The notes under the pieces: model-generated
What the model was told of the DNA's origin: nothing
Databases searched by the model: none
What the model saw: the letters and a program-made list of their open reading frames with translations, nothing else
Shown: positions 49,587-58,089 of the stretch, one piece after another
Layout of the letters: each line of letters starts with the position of its first letter
Position numbering within the stretch: the stretch's first letter is position 1
Virus record (IMG/VR): IMGVR_UViG_3300031953_000001
Strand: one strand, 5' to 3'
Source: a virus
Taxonomy: Duplodnaviria; Caudoviricetes
Length of the DNA stretch: 64,000 nucleotides
Translations under genes and position numbers: made by a program

Positions 49587-50831
49587 GTGGTGTTAACTAT
49601 GCTAATTGAAAGCAAGAAGTATCGTGGGTTTTTTGATGTGCCGGGGGCACCGGGATACCTAGTAAACCGAAGTGGCGAATTCATCCTCGCGATAGATGGC
49701 AGTAAAATCAACGTCGGTAGCCGAAAGGTGGGTGTTTTAACAGTAAACTTTAAAATAAATGGGCGTTGGATTAAGCGTAGCGTAGCGAGAATAATTGCAA
49801 AGCTGTTCGTTGATGTACCGACTGAGTTATCTAACCAACGAGACACTCTACTGATCGACTACGTGGATGGAGACCGGTGGAACGTTGCAGTAGATAACCT
49901 TATATGGGTGACGTCGTCTGAACTTCAAAAGGTAGCTTTCAAACGGAAGATAGAACGTTTTCGCCAACAACACCCCGGATCTATTGCGGATGGCAAGAAC
50001 GATAGATATCCGTATGCAATTGAGTGCTTCACGTTACCTGGATACTACTACTTACCGAATTTAAGTAATCCGGTAGTAATATCTAAGTTAGGACAAATTG
50101 TCAATCTGGAAACCGGAGCTGAACATCATACCAGAGTAGATAAGAAAGGATACCTTACCACCGCATTATACAACCAAGATCAAGGCAGATATATACAGGT
50201 TAAGGTTCATAGATTGGTTGCTAGGTTGTTCTCTCCTATTCCGCCTCGACATTCCGAGAGGGCCTACGATGATCTACAGGTTAATCATCTGGATGGAGAT
50301 AAACTAAACAACTACTATGAAAACCTAGAGTGGGTGACTAACGTTGAGAATATGGACCATGCTAGGAAGGCAGGGCTGTTCAGTAATGAAATCACGGTAT
50401 TGGCTAAAAATATCCAAACGGAAGAGATATCTAGATACGTATCGATTTCTGAGTGTGCTAGAACGTTCTTAATGTCCGCTAGTGTATTATGCAAACATCT
50501 TAAATCATCGTCGGCGGGTATGATCCCTAAAGAAAGCCATGTTTTCAAACTTGACGATGATTCTCCATGGCCAAACTCGATAGCTGAAGTAGATACGGAA
50601 AACGGGTTCTATGCCAAATGCGACGTTGTGGCAAAAAACCTAAATACTGGTAAGTCGGTTATTTGCAGCAATTTAGCGCATGGCTGCAGGATATTGGGTT
50701 TAAATAAGTATACTGTCATGAACATTAGATCCCGTCAAGGAGTAGACTGGCCGGTTAAAGGTTGGGTATTTGTGTCGGTAGCCGAATTCAAACGAACAAA
50801 GGGGACGTACGTTGATAATCTTCAAATCTAG
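49587..50831 (+). CDS. free-standing HNH homing endonuclease with two tandem HNH-like units
   Basis: Degenerate unit (IDYVDGDRWNVAVDNLIWV) and intact unit (KVHRLVA...VNHLDGDKLNNYYENLEWVTNVENMDHA); AT-richer than flanks; alternative ATG at 49599. Confidence 0.85.
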   Translation: MVLTMLIESKKYRGFFDVPGAPGYLVNRSGEFILAIDGSKINVGSRKVGVLTVNFKINGRWIKRSVARIIAKLFVDVPTELSNQRDTLLIDYVDGDRWNVAVDNLIWVTSSELQKVAFKRKIERFRQQHPGSIADGKNDRYPYAIECFTLPGYYYLPNLSNPVVISKLGQIVNLETGAEHHTRVDKKGYLTTALYNQDQGRYIQVKVHRLVARLFSPIPPRHSERAYDDLQVNHLDGDKLNNYYENLEWVTNVENMDHARKAGLFSNEITVLAKNIQTEEISRYVSISECARTFLMSASVLCKHLKSSSAGMIPKESHVFKLDDDSPWPNSIAEVDTENGFYAKCDVVAKNLNTGKSVICSNLAHGCRILGLNKYTVMNIRSRQGVDWPVKGWVFVSVAEFKRTKGTYVDNLQI

Positions 50832-52959
50832 TTGGCGAAAATACCCTCGGGCGATTATCGATAGCAAAACACCAAACACCACCTTTTTGCGCTTGGCCTC
50901 GGTCTATCGCGCTATGGGTGTGGATCATTATTACTTTCACTTGGCGTTACTTCAACCTGAGCTTCAGGGGATAGACCCTCACAATGAAGACGCGTTGACG
51001 CTTGAGCAGAAAGCCATGATTTTGTACGAGTGCGATAACAACCCTTGGTATTACCTGAGGGAGATCGTGCTCGATAAAGGCGCAGGTTTGGAAATCGACG
51101 ACTGTCGCTTTCGAGCCAATCGCTCTAACATTGCGGCTATGTGGTTGTTGCTGTCGTGTGTTGACTACATTCAAATACAACCACGGCAGACCGGTAAGTC
51201 CTTTGGTACCGACTGCAACTCTTTGTGGTTGATGTATTTTTGTTATCGCAACACGGCACTGAACCTGATCACTAAAGATGAGTCTTTGCGCAAATCCAAC
51301 ATCGCTCGGTTGAAGAAACTCCGGGATATGTGGCCAGACTTCATTAACCGCAATACGTCCAAAGACGACAACAACCAGATCTCCTTGTCGTGCAACATGT
51401 TGGAGAACAAATACTACACCCACGTCTCCCAAAGTTCTGAGAAAGCCGCGAACAATCTGGGTCGGGGGATGACCAGTCCGTTTATCCACGTGGATGAGGG
51501 TCCGTTCATCAACCACATAGAGACCACGGTCAGCGCGGCTATGGGTTCGACCAACATGGCGCGGGAGATTGCCAAGCGCAAAGGCAAGCCGTATTGCACA
51601 GTGTTCACCACCACAGCCGGCAACCAAGAAGACCGGGATGGGCGTTACGTCTTTAACATGATGGCAGGGTCGGCAATCTGGACCGAGCGTTTCTTTGACT
51701 GTGTGAACCGAGAGGAGCTGGTGGGTTACATCAAAACCAACTCCGATGGGCGGGCCACCATGGTGAACCTGACCATGTCGCATCGTCAGTTGGGGTTGTC
51801 CGATCAGTGGTTGTACGAGGCCTTGGCCAACGCGCGCTCGGAAAGCGACAACATCGACCGAGATTACTTCAACCGTTGGACCAACAGCTCATCGACCTCC
51901 TTGATTCCAGAACACCTAGCTAAGGCCATGCGGCAATCGGAGAAAGAACCCGTCAGCAGTTGGATCTCCTCGGAGAATTACATCTTTCGCTGGTACACCG
52001 AAGTCGATGCGAGTCGCCATTACGTGTTGGTGGTGGATACCTCCGATGCGATCGGACGAGACGACATTGGTGTGGTGTTGTTGGATTCGCACACAGGCGC
52101 TGTGGCCGGTGCCGCGGCGTTCAACGAGACCAACCTCATTCGGTTTGCCCAGTGGTTGAAAGAGTTCTTGTTGAAGTATCGCAACAGCACCATGGTGATC
52201 GAGCGACGTTACAACGCACAAACCATCATCGACTACCTATTGTTAAAACTGCCAGAAGCGGGGGAAGACCCCTTTAAGCGGCTGTTTAACCAAGTGGTGC
52301 AAAAACGCGAAGAGCGGCAGAAGGATTTTGATCGGGTCATGGGTCCTGGTCTTAACCGCCCTAGAAACATGTACGATCAATACCGTCGAGACTTCGGGTT
52401 TGTGACCGATTCGGAAAGTCGGAAGTTGTTGTACTCCAACGTGTTGATGAACGCGGCTAAAGATGCAGGGGACCGTGTCAACGACAAGCAGTTGATTCAA
52501 CAGGTGCTGTCTTTGGTCATTAAGAACAACCGGATAGACCACACCTCCGGTGGACACGATGACATGGTCATTGCGTGGTTGATTGGGCATTGGTTCTTAA
52601 ACCACGGCATCAATCTGGCGGCCTATGGGTTGAACCCAGCAAGCGTCATGACCGACCGGGCTCGAGGGGGTAAAGAACTCACTCCCACGGAGGAGTATGA
52701 GCATCAAGAGCAAAAGGCATTAATGAGTCACATTGAATCCATCCATGAGCAGTTGAAGGTGGTCAGTGGACGAATGGACATTCTTAGACTAGAGGGGGAG
52801 ATGACCGCAGCCATGTCTCGACTTAAGAGCGACGATTCAGACGGTGTGACTTTGGATGCTCTTTTACAAGAAGCCAAGGACACCCGCGATCGACGTTTGT
52901 ATGGGCGCCAAGGTGCCCCTAATCGAACTCGGATGCTGTTGGAACGTTATGGACGTTAA
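50812..52959 (+). CDS. terL: terminase large subunit (phiKZ gp25-like)
   Basis: Walker A QPRQTGKS, Walker B IHVDEGPFI, TTTAG, nuclease VVDTSDA and GHDDMVIAW; TTG start. Confidence 0.92.
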   Translation: MIIFKSSWRKYPRAIIDSKTPNTTFLRLASVYRAMGVDHYYFHLALLQPELQGIDPHNEDALTLEQKAMILYECDNNPWYYLREIVLDKGAGLEIDDCRFRANRSNIAAMWLLLSCVDYIQIQPRQTGKSFGTDCNSLWLMYFCYRNTALNLITKDESLRKSNIARLKKLRDMWPDFINRNTSKDDNNQISLSCNMLENKYYTHVSQSSEKAANNLGRGMTSPFIHVDEGPFINHIETTVSAAMGSTNMAREIAKRKGKPYCTVFTTTAGNQEDRDGRYVFNMMAGSAIWTERFFDCVNREELVGYIKTNSDGRATMVNLTMSHRQLGLSDQWLYEALANARSESDNIDRDYFNRWTNSSSTSLIPEHLAKAMRQSEKEPVSSWISSENYIFRWYTEVDASRHYVLVVDTSDAIGRDDIGVVLLDSHTGAVAGAAAFNETNLIRFAQWLKEFLLKYRNSTMVIERRYNAQTIIDYLLLKLPEAGEDPFKRLFNQVVQKREERQKDFDRVMGPGLNRPRNMYDQYRRDFGFVTDSESRKLLYSNVLMNAAKDAGDRVNDKQLIQQVLSLVIKNNRIDHTSGGHDDMVIAWLIGHWFLNHGINLAAYGLNPASVMTDRARGGKELTPTEEYEHQEQKALMSHIESIHEQLKVVSGRMDILRLEGEMTAAMSRLKSDDSDGVTLDALLQEAKDTRDRRLYGRQGAPNRTRMLLERYGR

Positions 52960-53374
52960 TGTTTGGAGACTTAAAGGTAAGAGCCACTGCCGTCGGTGGT
53001 GGTCGTTGTGGTTGAGGCGACTTGCTACGACGATGTCCAGTACCGTGTGGACCGATCACTACCGCCGGCCAGGAAGTACGGTAGGGGCACCTTACCCATT
53101 ACACGTGGAAGTGCAGTGCGTTCAGCTCAATTACGAGTTTGGCAAACAGATGGGACTTCGGTTGGCAGTGAAGATGACAGCACTGATCGTCATTGAACAC
53201 TACCTTACTGAGGATCTACGTCCACGTCAGTCAATCAACCGATACTACGGCCTCACTCGGTCTCAATTACTCAAGGTGTTGCGTCACGAGTTGCCGTGGG
53301 TGGATGGGTTGCCTAATGGCGCGGCAGGCGAAGACCGTCAGTACGATCGCCGCCCTCCTAGAGATGTTGCTTAA
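52949..53374 (+). CDS. hypothetical protein
   Basis: ORF filling the gap between terL and the HDOD gene; start uncertain. Confidence 0.4.
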   Translation: MDVNVWRLKGKSHCRRWWSLWLRRLATTMSSTVWTDHYRRPGSTVGAPYPLHVEVQCVQLNYEFGKQMGLRLAVKMTALIVIEHYLTEDLRPRQSINRYYGLTRSQLLKVLRHELPWVDGLPNGAAGEDRQYDRRPPRDVA

Positions 53375-53406
53375 TTCAATCCATCAGTACGTTAAAGGAA
53401 TACCGA

Positions 53407-54840
53407 ATGAGTCGTTTCACATCGTTCTTTAAACCCAAGCGACTTTCAAAACAAGTCGCCGAAACGATCGCCCCTCCAACGCGAGCTCCAATCGACGTTC
53501 CGCTACCTTTAAGACGGTACTTTGAGGCATCGACCTACATCCCAGTGTATTTAAGCGACGACGTCTTACACCCGGTGGTGAAGATGGTGCAACTCACGTG
53601 TGAGGACGGTCCCGGGCAGGTGGTGTTTCGAGAAGACAGTTTGTTGGATCTGGATTTGCTCCAGAGACACAGTGGCAAACGGTTTCATCGCATGGATCGG
53701 AGTCAGTATCGTCAGGTGTTGGGTGAGGTGGGGGTGAACCTGATCCCACCCATGCCAAGACTGACCTGTGCCTGTACCTGGGTAGACTACAGAGTCGATG
53801 ACTTAGATAGCGCTTTGGTGGATCTTACAGGGCAACGAGAGTACGCGGTGGTTTCTAAAGTCATGTTGATGGATTGGCTGAAAGATAACCCTAGGGTAGA
53901 TATCGCCATGTCCATGTTACAATTGAACTCTGATGACGGCTCTATACAAAACGACACCGATTGCATCAACGGGGCGATTCGTAAACTGACCAAGCTGCGC
54001 ATAGAACGGCGCCTGGTGGACACTTTGGAATTGCCTCCGTTGCCCGACATCGCTCGTCGATTGATCGAGTTACGCAGCAACCCTCAAGGCAACCTCATGG
54101 ATCTGGTGGAGGCGATTGAAAGCGATCCTATTCTATCAGCGAACGTGCTTCGTTGGGCTAACTCGTCACTCTATGCGACGACAGTCAAGGTCGAGTCCGT
54201 AACCGACGCTGTGGGACGAGTGTTAGGGTATGACATGACCATGAACTTAATGATGGGTCTGGTGTTAGGTCGAGTGATGGACGTCCCTGACCATACCCCT
54301 ACGCATGTGTTGGGGTTTTGGGAACAGTCGATCTGGGTGGCACACGGCGCGCGCGCGGTGAGTAAACTCTTACCCTCAGACCGTCACGTCCCGCACGGCT
54401 TGGCGTATTTAACCGGGTTGTTGCATAATTTTGGGTACTTGATTCTTAACCACGCGTTTCCACCGCATTTCCGTTTGATCACCGAGTCAACTGACATCAA
54501 CCGACACATAGACGTCAGTTTGGTGGATGCGCACATCCTAGGCATCACTCGAGAGCAGATAGGTGCGGAGTTGTTGCGCAACTGGATGATCGGTGAGGAT
54601 GTGGTGACTGGGGTACGTTATCACAAGCGTATTGAGTACACACATGAGGCGACTTACGCCAATCTGATTTACTTGACTCGGGGAGTGTTGATGAAACACG
54701 GGGTTCTGTTGGGGGCTAGATACACCGTTCCTCTGGCTTTATATACTTACTTAGGTCTATCGCCTGAAGCCGTAGACGATTGCATAGTGGCTTTGTTGGA
54801 ACACAAAGACGAGATTTTAGGTATGGCACATCGGGTGTGA
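53407..54840 (+). CDS. YbaK-like + HDOD domain protein, SadB-like
   Basis: HDOD motifs LPPLP, IESDPILSANVLRWANSSLY, FWEQS, AYLTGLLHNFGYLIL, ILGITREQIGAELL..W; N-terminal region resembles the YbaK-like part of Pseudomonas SadB (recall); 477 aa. Confidence 0.8.
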   Translation: MSRFTSFFKPKRLSKQVAETIAPPTRAPIDVPLPLRRYFEASTYIPVYLSDDVLHPVVKMVQLTCEDGPGQVVFREDSLLDLDLLQRHSGKRFHRMDRSQYRQVLGEVGVNLIPPMPRLTCACTWVDYRVDDLDSALVDLTGQREYAVVSKVMLMDWLKDNPRVDIAMSMLQLNSDDGSIQNDTDCINGAIRKLTKLRIERRLVDTLELPPLPDIARRLIELRSNPQGNLMDLVEAIESDPILSANVLRWANSSLYATTVKVESVTDAVGRVLGYDMTMNLMMGLVLGRVMDVPDHTPTHVLGFWEQSIWVAHGARAVSKLLPSDRHVPHGLAYLTGLLHNFGYLILNHAFPPHFRLITESTDINRHIDVSLVDAHILGITREQIGAELLRNWMIGEDVVTGVRYHKRIEYTHEATYANLIYLTRGVLMKHGVLLGARYTVPLALYTYLGLSPEAVDDCIVALLEHKDEILGMAHRV

Positions 54841-54877
54841 CGGCATAGGGGAGGGCTTTCGCCCTCCCCATATGCTG
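54841..54877. terminator. bidirectional terminator
   Basis: cggcata-ggggagggc-tttc-gccctcccc-a-tatgctg between convergent genes. Confidence 0.85.
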
Positions 54878-54889
54878 TCTGTGAGCGCC

Positions 54890-56164
54890 TTAGAAGACGC
54901 TGGAGACAAGTTCATCCGCACGTGACTCCATGGCTCCCCCTTGACTGTAGTAGCTCATGGTGAAGGTCCTAAGGACGATGTAGATCATACATCCCGTTCT
55001 AACAGACGCCAGCAACGATTTGTTGTTTGACCTGACCGCCCGCTTGGTGATGGCCAACGACAAATCACGCATCTTCATCAAGGCCGGATCACTGGAACGT
55101 GACGACATGTACAAACTGCGCAACCGAGAGATCAACACCGACAGATTGATGCTGTTACGAAACACCTGACGATTCTCGCTCATGAACTCAAATGCATGAA
55201 TCAAGGTCTCATCGATCAACTCGCCAATCTTTGGATCACCTCGGCGACCGTAGTTGTCGGCCATGTACTCCAAGGCCGTTATTAGGTGTCGATCGGGCAG
55301 GGTGTGCATGACGTCAGAGACGATCTTCACCAGCTCCGGACGAATGAAGGTCTGACGGTCACTCAGGGCGCTGTGGATGTACCGTTTGAACTGGCTGCTT
55401 TTGCGCGACAGATCACGGACGTGCATCTGACCGTCCAAGTCAATCAACGATGAGCGAGTCTGTACCCGAGAAGAGCTCTTCTTCACCTCGTAAAAGACGT
55501 GTACCATCTTTTTCACGATTTCCCGAATCCGACCTTGGACGTCGGTGAGCACGTAGAGGATGTCCTTGTCGTTGTCGTAGCGTGCAATGGTGTTGGCGTG
55601 TATTGAGTTACGGGATAAGATGTCTTCGCAACGCGCGGTGATCAAGGCTGTCCAGCTGCCTTTTTGTTTCAGTGCAAACTTGTAACTCAAAGCTGCGTAA
55701 GTGGCCTCGACTATCGAGCGATCGGGCTCGTATGGGAAGTTGTGTGCCATCAATGAACTCAAGTACCGGTAATGCAGAATCCTTAGAGTGTCCATCATCC
55801 CCTGCTCCCGTTGTCGGGCAGACAGGGAGCTGCTGGTCATCAACGCGTGCAACATCCACACAATCGAGTGGGAGAACACATCGCTCTGCACGTTTCGTTC
55901 AGGGTGGATGCTTGGCAGCGAGTGCAACTCGGTCTTCAGAGCCACGTCGTCAACTTGCATGATCTCATCGAACCACAGGTTCCGCTCGGAGTTGTGGAAT
56001 CGTAACGCTGGGGTTCCTAAAAGGTTGCCGCCTAAGAAGGCGATGTGGTTTTCGTTTTTGTTCACGAAGTGGCGTTCAAACTGACTGATGGTCTTCACAA
56101 GCTTGAGATCGATCTTCAGGTGTTTCATCTCTTGCTCGAAAACCTCACGGATGGTACTTGCCAT
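54890..56164 (-). CDS. conserved virion protein (phiKZ gp32 / SPN3US gp262-like by position)
   Basis: 424 aa; FLGGNLLG, LK..GSW, YYSQ motifs; lies after the terminase as in SPN3US-like phages (recall). Confidence 0.6.
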   Translation of the reverse strand: MASTIREVFEQEMKHLKIDLKLVKTISQFERHFVNKNENHIAFLGGNLLGTPALRFHNSERNLWFDEIMQVDDVALKTELHSLPSIHPERNVQSDVFSHSIVWMLHALMTSSSLSARQREQGMMDTLRILHYRYLSSLMAHNFPYEPDRSIVEATYAALSYKFALKQKGSWTALITARCEDILSRNSIHANTIARYDNDKDILYVLTDVQGRIREIVKKMVHVFYEVKKSSSRVQTRSSLIDLDGQMHVRDLSRKSSQFKRYIHSALSDRQTFIRPELVKIVSDVMHTLPDRHLITALEYMADNYGRRGDPKIGELIDETLIHAFEFMSENRQVFRNSINLSVLISRLRSLYMSSRSSDPALMKMRDLSLAITKRAVRSNNKSLLASVRTGCMIYIVLRTFTMSYYSQGGAMESRADELVSSVF

Positions 56165-56399
56165 ACGGGGCCTCGTCTCTGGGTTTGTTGTCTATATGAT
56201 CGGGCGTCAACGGCCCCGCGGGGGGACCGGCCAGCTGATCCCCTTGTGAGGGTATCAAAGGTATCACGGGGGGGTGTAGATCTTTGGTCTGTTCTGTATG
56301 GGTTGTTTCTTCTGTGATCGATGCATCCGTTCTGTTACCCTCATCCATACAAAAACCCAACTCATCTATTATTCTTTACAGGACGGATTTATTATTTGC

Positions 56400-56807
56400 T
56401 AGAAAGAGGAGCGTAAGCGACCAGCCTTTCGAGCCCTACGTTTACGTAGGGCGTAGGTGGCAACGTAGTAAGGAGGGGTAGCGATAGTGTGCGTCTACGC
56501 AATATGGGGTTATTGCTAAAGCGTGCACCACGACCCCAAGTTCCTCCTATGGTATAGCGCGTTAAGCGCGCTCGTGCTTAAGGTTATCGTTGGGGTAACG
56601 GGTTTGCGATGACCTTAAGTGTGCTGGTGTCCAGAGAACCCTTTGTTGAATAAACACAAGTTTGTACGGGTTACTTGTGTTTGGGTAAATTACGGCGGTT
56701 ACAGGTTGTGTTTGCCTTGCGTTGGTTCGCGATGGCCGTTACCTACGGGGTTCTCTGGACGGGGCTTAGTAAGTCGCATGAGGAGGCTCAGGCCTCCTCT
56801 TATGCCG
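56400..56807 (+). ncRNA. candidate structured non-coding RNA
   Basis: At least seven helices of 6-13 bp in an ORF-poor region, with G.U pairs that work only on the + strand; ends in a terminator-like hairpin. Boundaries uncertain. Confidence 0.5.
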
Positions 56808-56877
56808 ATTCCAACAAAAGACAGACCTATATAACAAAGGTGAGTTACCCATACGAACCTTTAGAAGGAAGTCCATT

Positions 56878-57057
56878 ATGTCGTTTATAAAGAGCGTTGC
56901 TATAAGTGTTGCTGTGAGTGTTTCTGTCAATGGCGCGTTCGCCGTTGGCCGTAAGCTGAAGACTAAGTACGATCAGCGCAACAAGAAGACCACCGCAACA
57001 CACACCCCCAAACCAGACACCACTACCGATGAGTACGCCAAAGAACGTACACGTTAA
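56878..57057 (+). CDS. small 59-aa protein with hydrophobic N-terminus (below the ORF-track cutoff)
   Basis: AGAAGGA before the ATG; MSFIKSVAISVAVSVSVNGAFAVGRKLKTKYDQRNKK...; its stop abuts the RBS of the next gene. Confidence 0.65.
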   Translation: MSFIKSVAISVAVSVSVNGAFAVGRKLKTKYDQRNKKTTATHTPKPDTTTDEYAKERTR

Positions 57058-57067
57058 GGACAAGACC

Positions 57068-57370
57068 ATGCACGAACTGACGTTGACTAACCTACCGGCC
57101 TACGTTGAACGCGAAGCTCAGCTGGTGACTGTGATGTTTTCCTTGGCGTCGGTGGCGACTCAGTTTGCGTCGGCGGTGGCCCCTAAGCGCATCGACGTCT
57201 GGATCGCCGACACGATACTGGATGTCAATGCGTACGCCAACAGCGTCTTACCCATAGGCCCTGTAGAAGCCACAGATTACTATCTGGTACTGGCCACCAC
57301 CGAAGAGACTTACAGTTACGTCCTCCTTCCCCGGGGGCAGTTGATCCAAAGCGTTCCAAGTTTAAGCTAA
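57068..57370 (+). CDS. hypothetical protein
   Basis: AAGGA before the ATG at 57068. Confidence 0.6.
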   Translation: MHELTLTNLPAYVEREAQLVTVMFSLASVATQFASAVAPKRIDVWIADTILDVNAYANSVLPIGPVEATDYYLVLATTEETYSYVLLPRGQLIQSVPSLS

Positions 57371-57418
57371 ACCCGACGATCTTTACTCCACGAACCCCAC
57401 TACCTTTAGGATTCTATT

Positions 57419-57997
57419 ATGTCTACCGTAACCCTACCTTCGTTTAACAACCTTCTAGGATTCGATTTCACCACTCCCAAGGTCCTCGTCTTAGACGGTA
57501 TTCGGTTCCGCACGGGAATATTTGACGATCATGCAAAAGTAAAGCAACGCATCTATAGCCTAATGGCGTTGTTGTCAGACGACGATGTTAAACTGATGCG
57601 CGAGTCGGGCATTGAGTTCTTGATTCATGACAGCTTCACCAAAGCCAAACACCATGGAGACGTTTCCGCTCACTACGCACAGTCAACGATCGTCCTTACG
57701 ATTGACCCCAAATTTATCGCTCTCGAAGCGATGTTTAAGGGCAAACGGCGCGCCGCCGCCATAAGCGCTCAGATTGAGGTATTGGTGAACCTGGATCTGT
57801 ACACCAAAGAAGCGATCGACTCCCCAACCAGGAACAAGCTGCTGCTTGAATCCGTCGCAACGGCGTACTTGAAACACGGCCTCATCACCAACAAAGAGAA
57901 GTTTATCGCCGCCCGCACCATCAGCGTCAATGTGATGGGGTGTATTGAAAGCGGTGTAAAGCTTGCCGGATCAGTTGTGAGTTTCTTCCGCAAGTAG
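57419..57997 (+). CDS. hypothetical protein
   Basis: TAGGA upstream; followed by a terminator at 57998-58036. Confidence 0.7.
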   Translation: MSTVTLPSFNNLLGFDFTTPKVLVLDGIRFRTGIFDDHAKVKQRIYSLMALLSDDDVKLMRESGIEFLIHDSFTKAKHHGDVSAHYAQSTIVLTIDPKFIALEAMFKGKRRAAAISAQIEVLVNLDLYTKEAIDSPTRNKLLLESVATAYLKHGLITNKEKFIAARTISVNVMGCIESGVKLAGSVVSFFRK

Positions 57998-58089
57998 CGG
58001 CATAGGGGAGGGGCATTCGCCCCTCCTCTTATTTTTTGTCTTAATCCTATGTCCCCACCGGACATTCCACCATTAGGACATAATTACCC

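Noticed and set aside
50812-52959. Possible inteins in terminase, UvsX or RNAP subunits.
   Set aside because: Lengths fit the recalled phiKZ homologs and I saw no C...HN-[C/S/T] splice motifs or embedded LAGLIDADG blocks.
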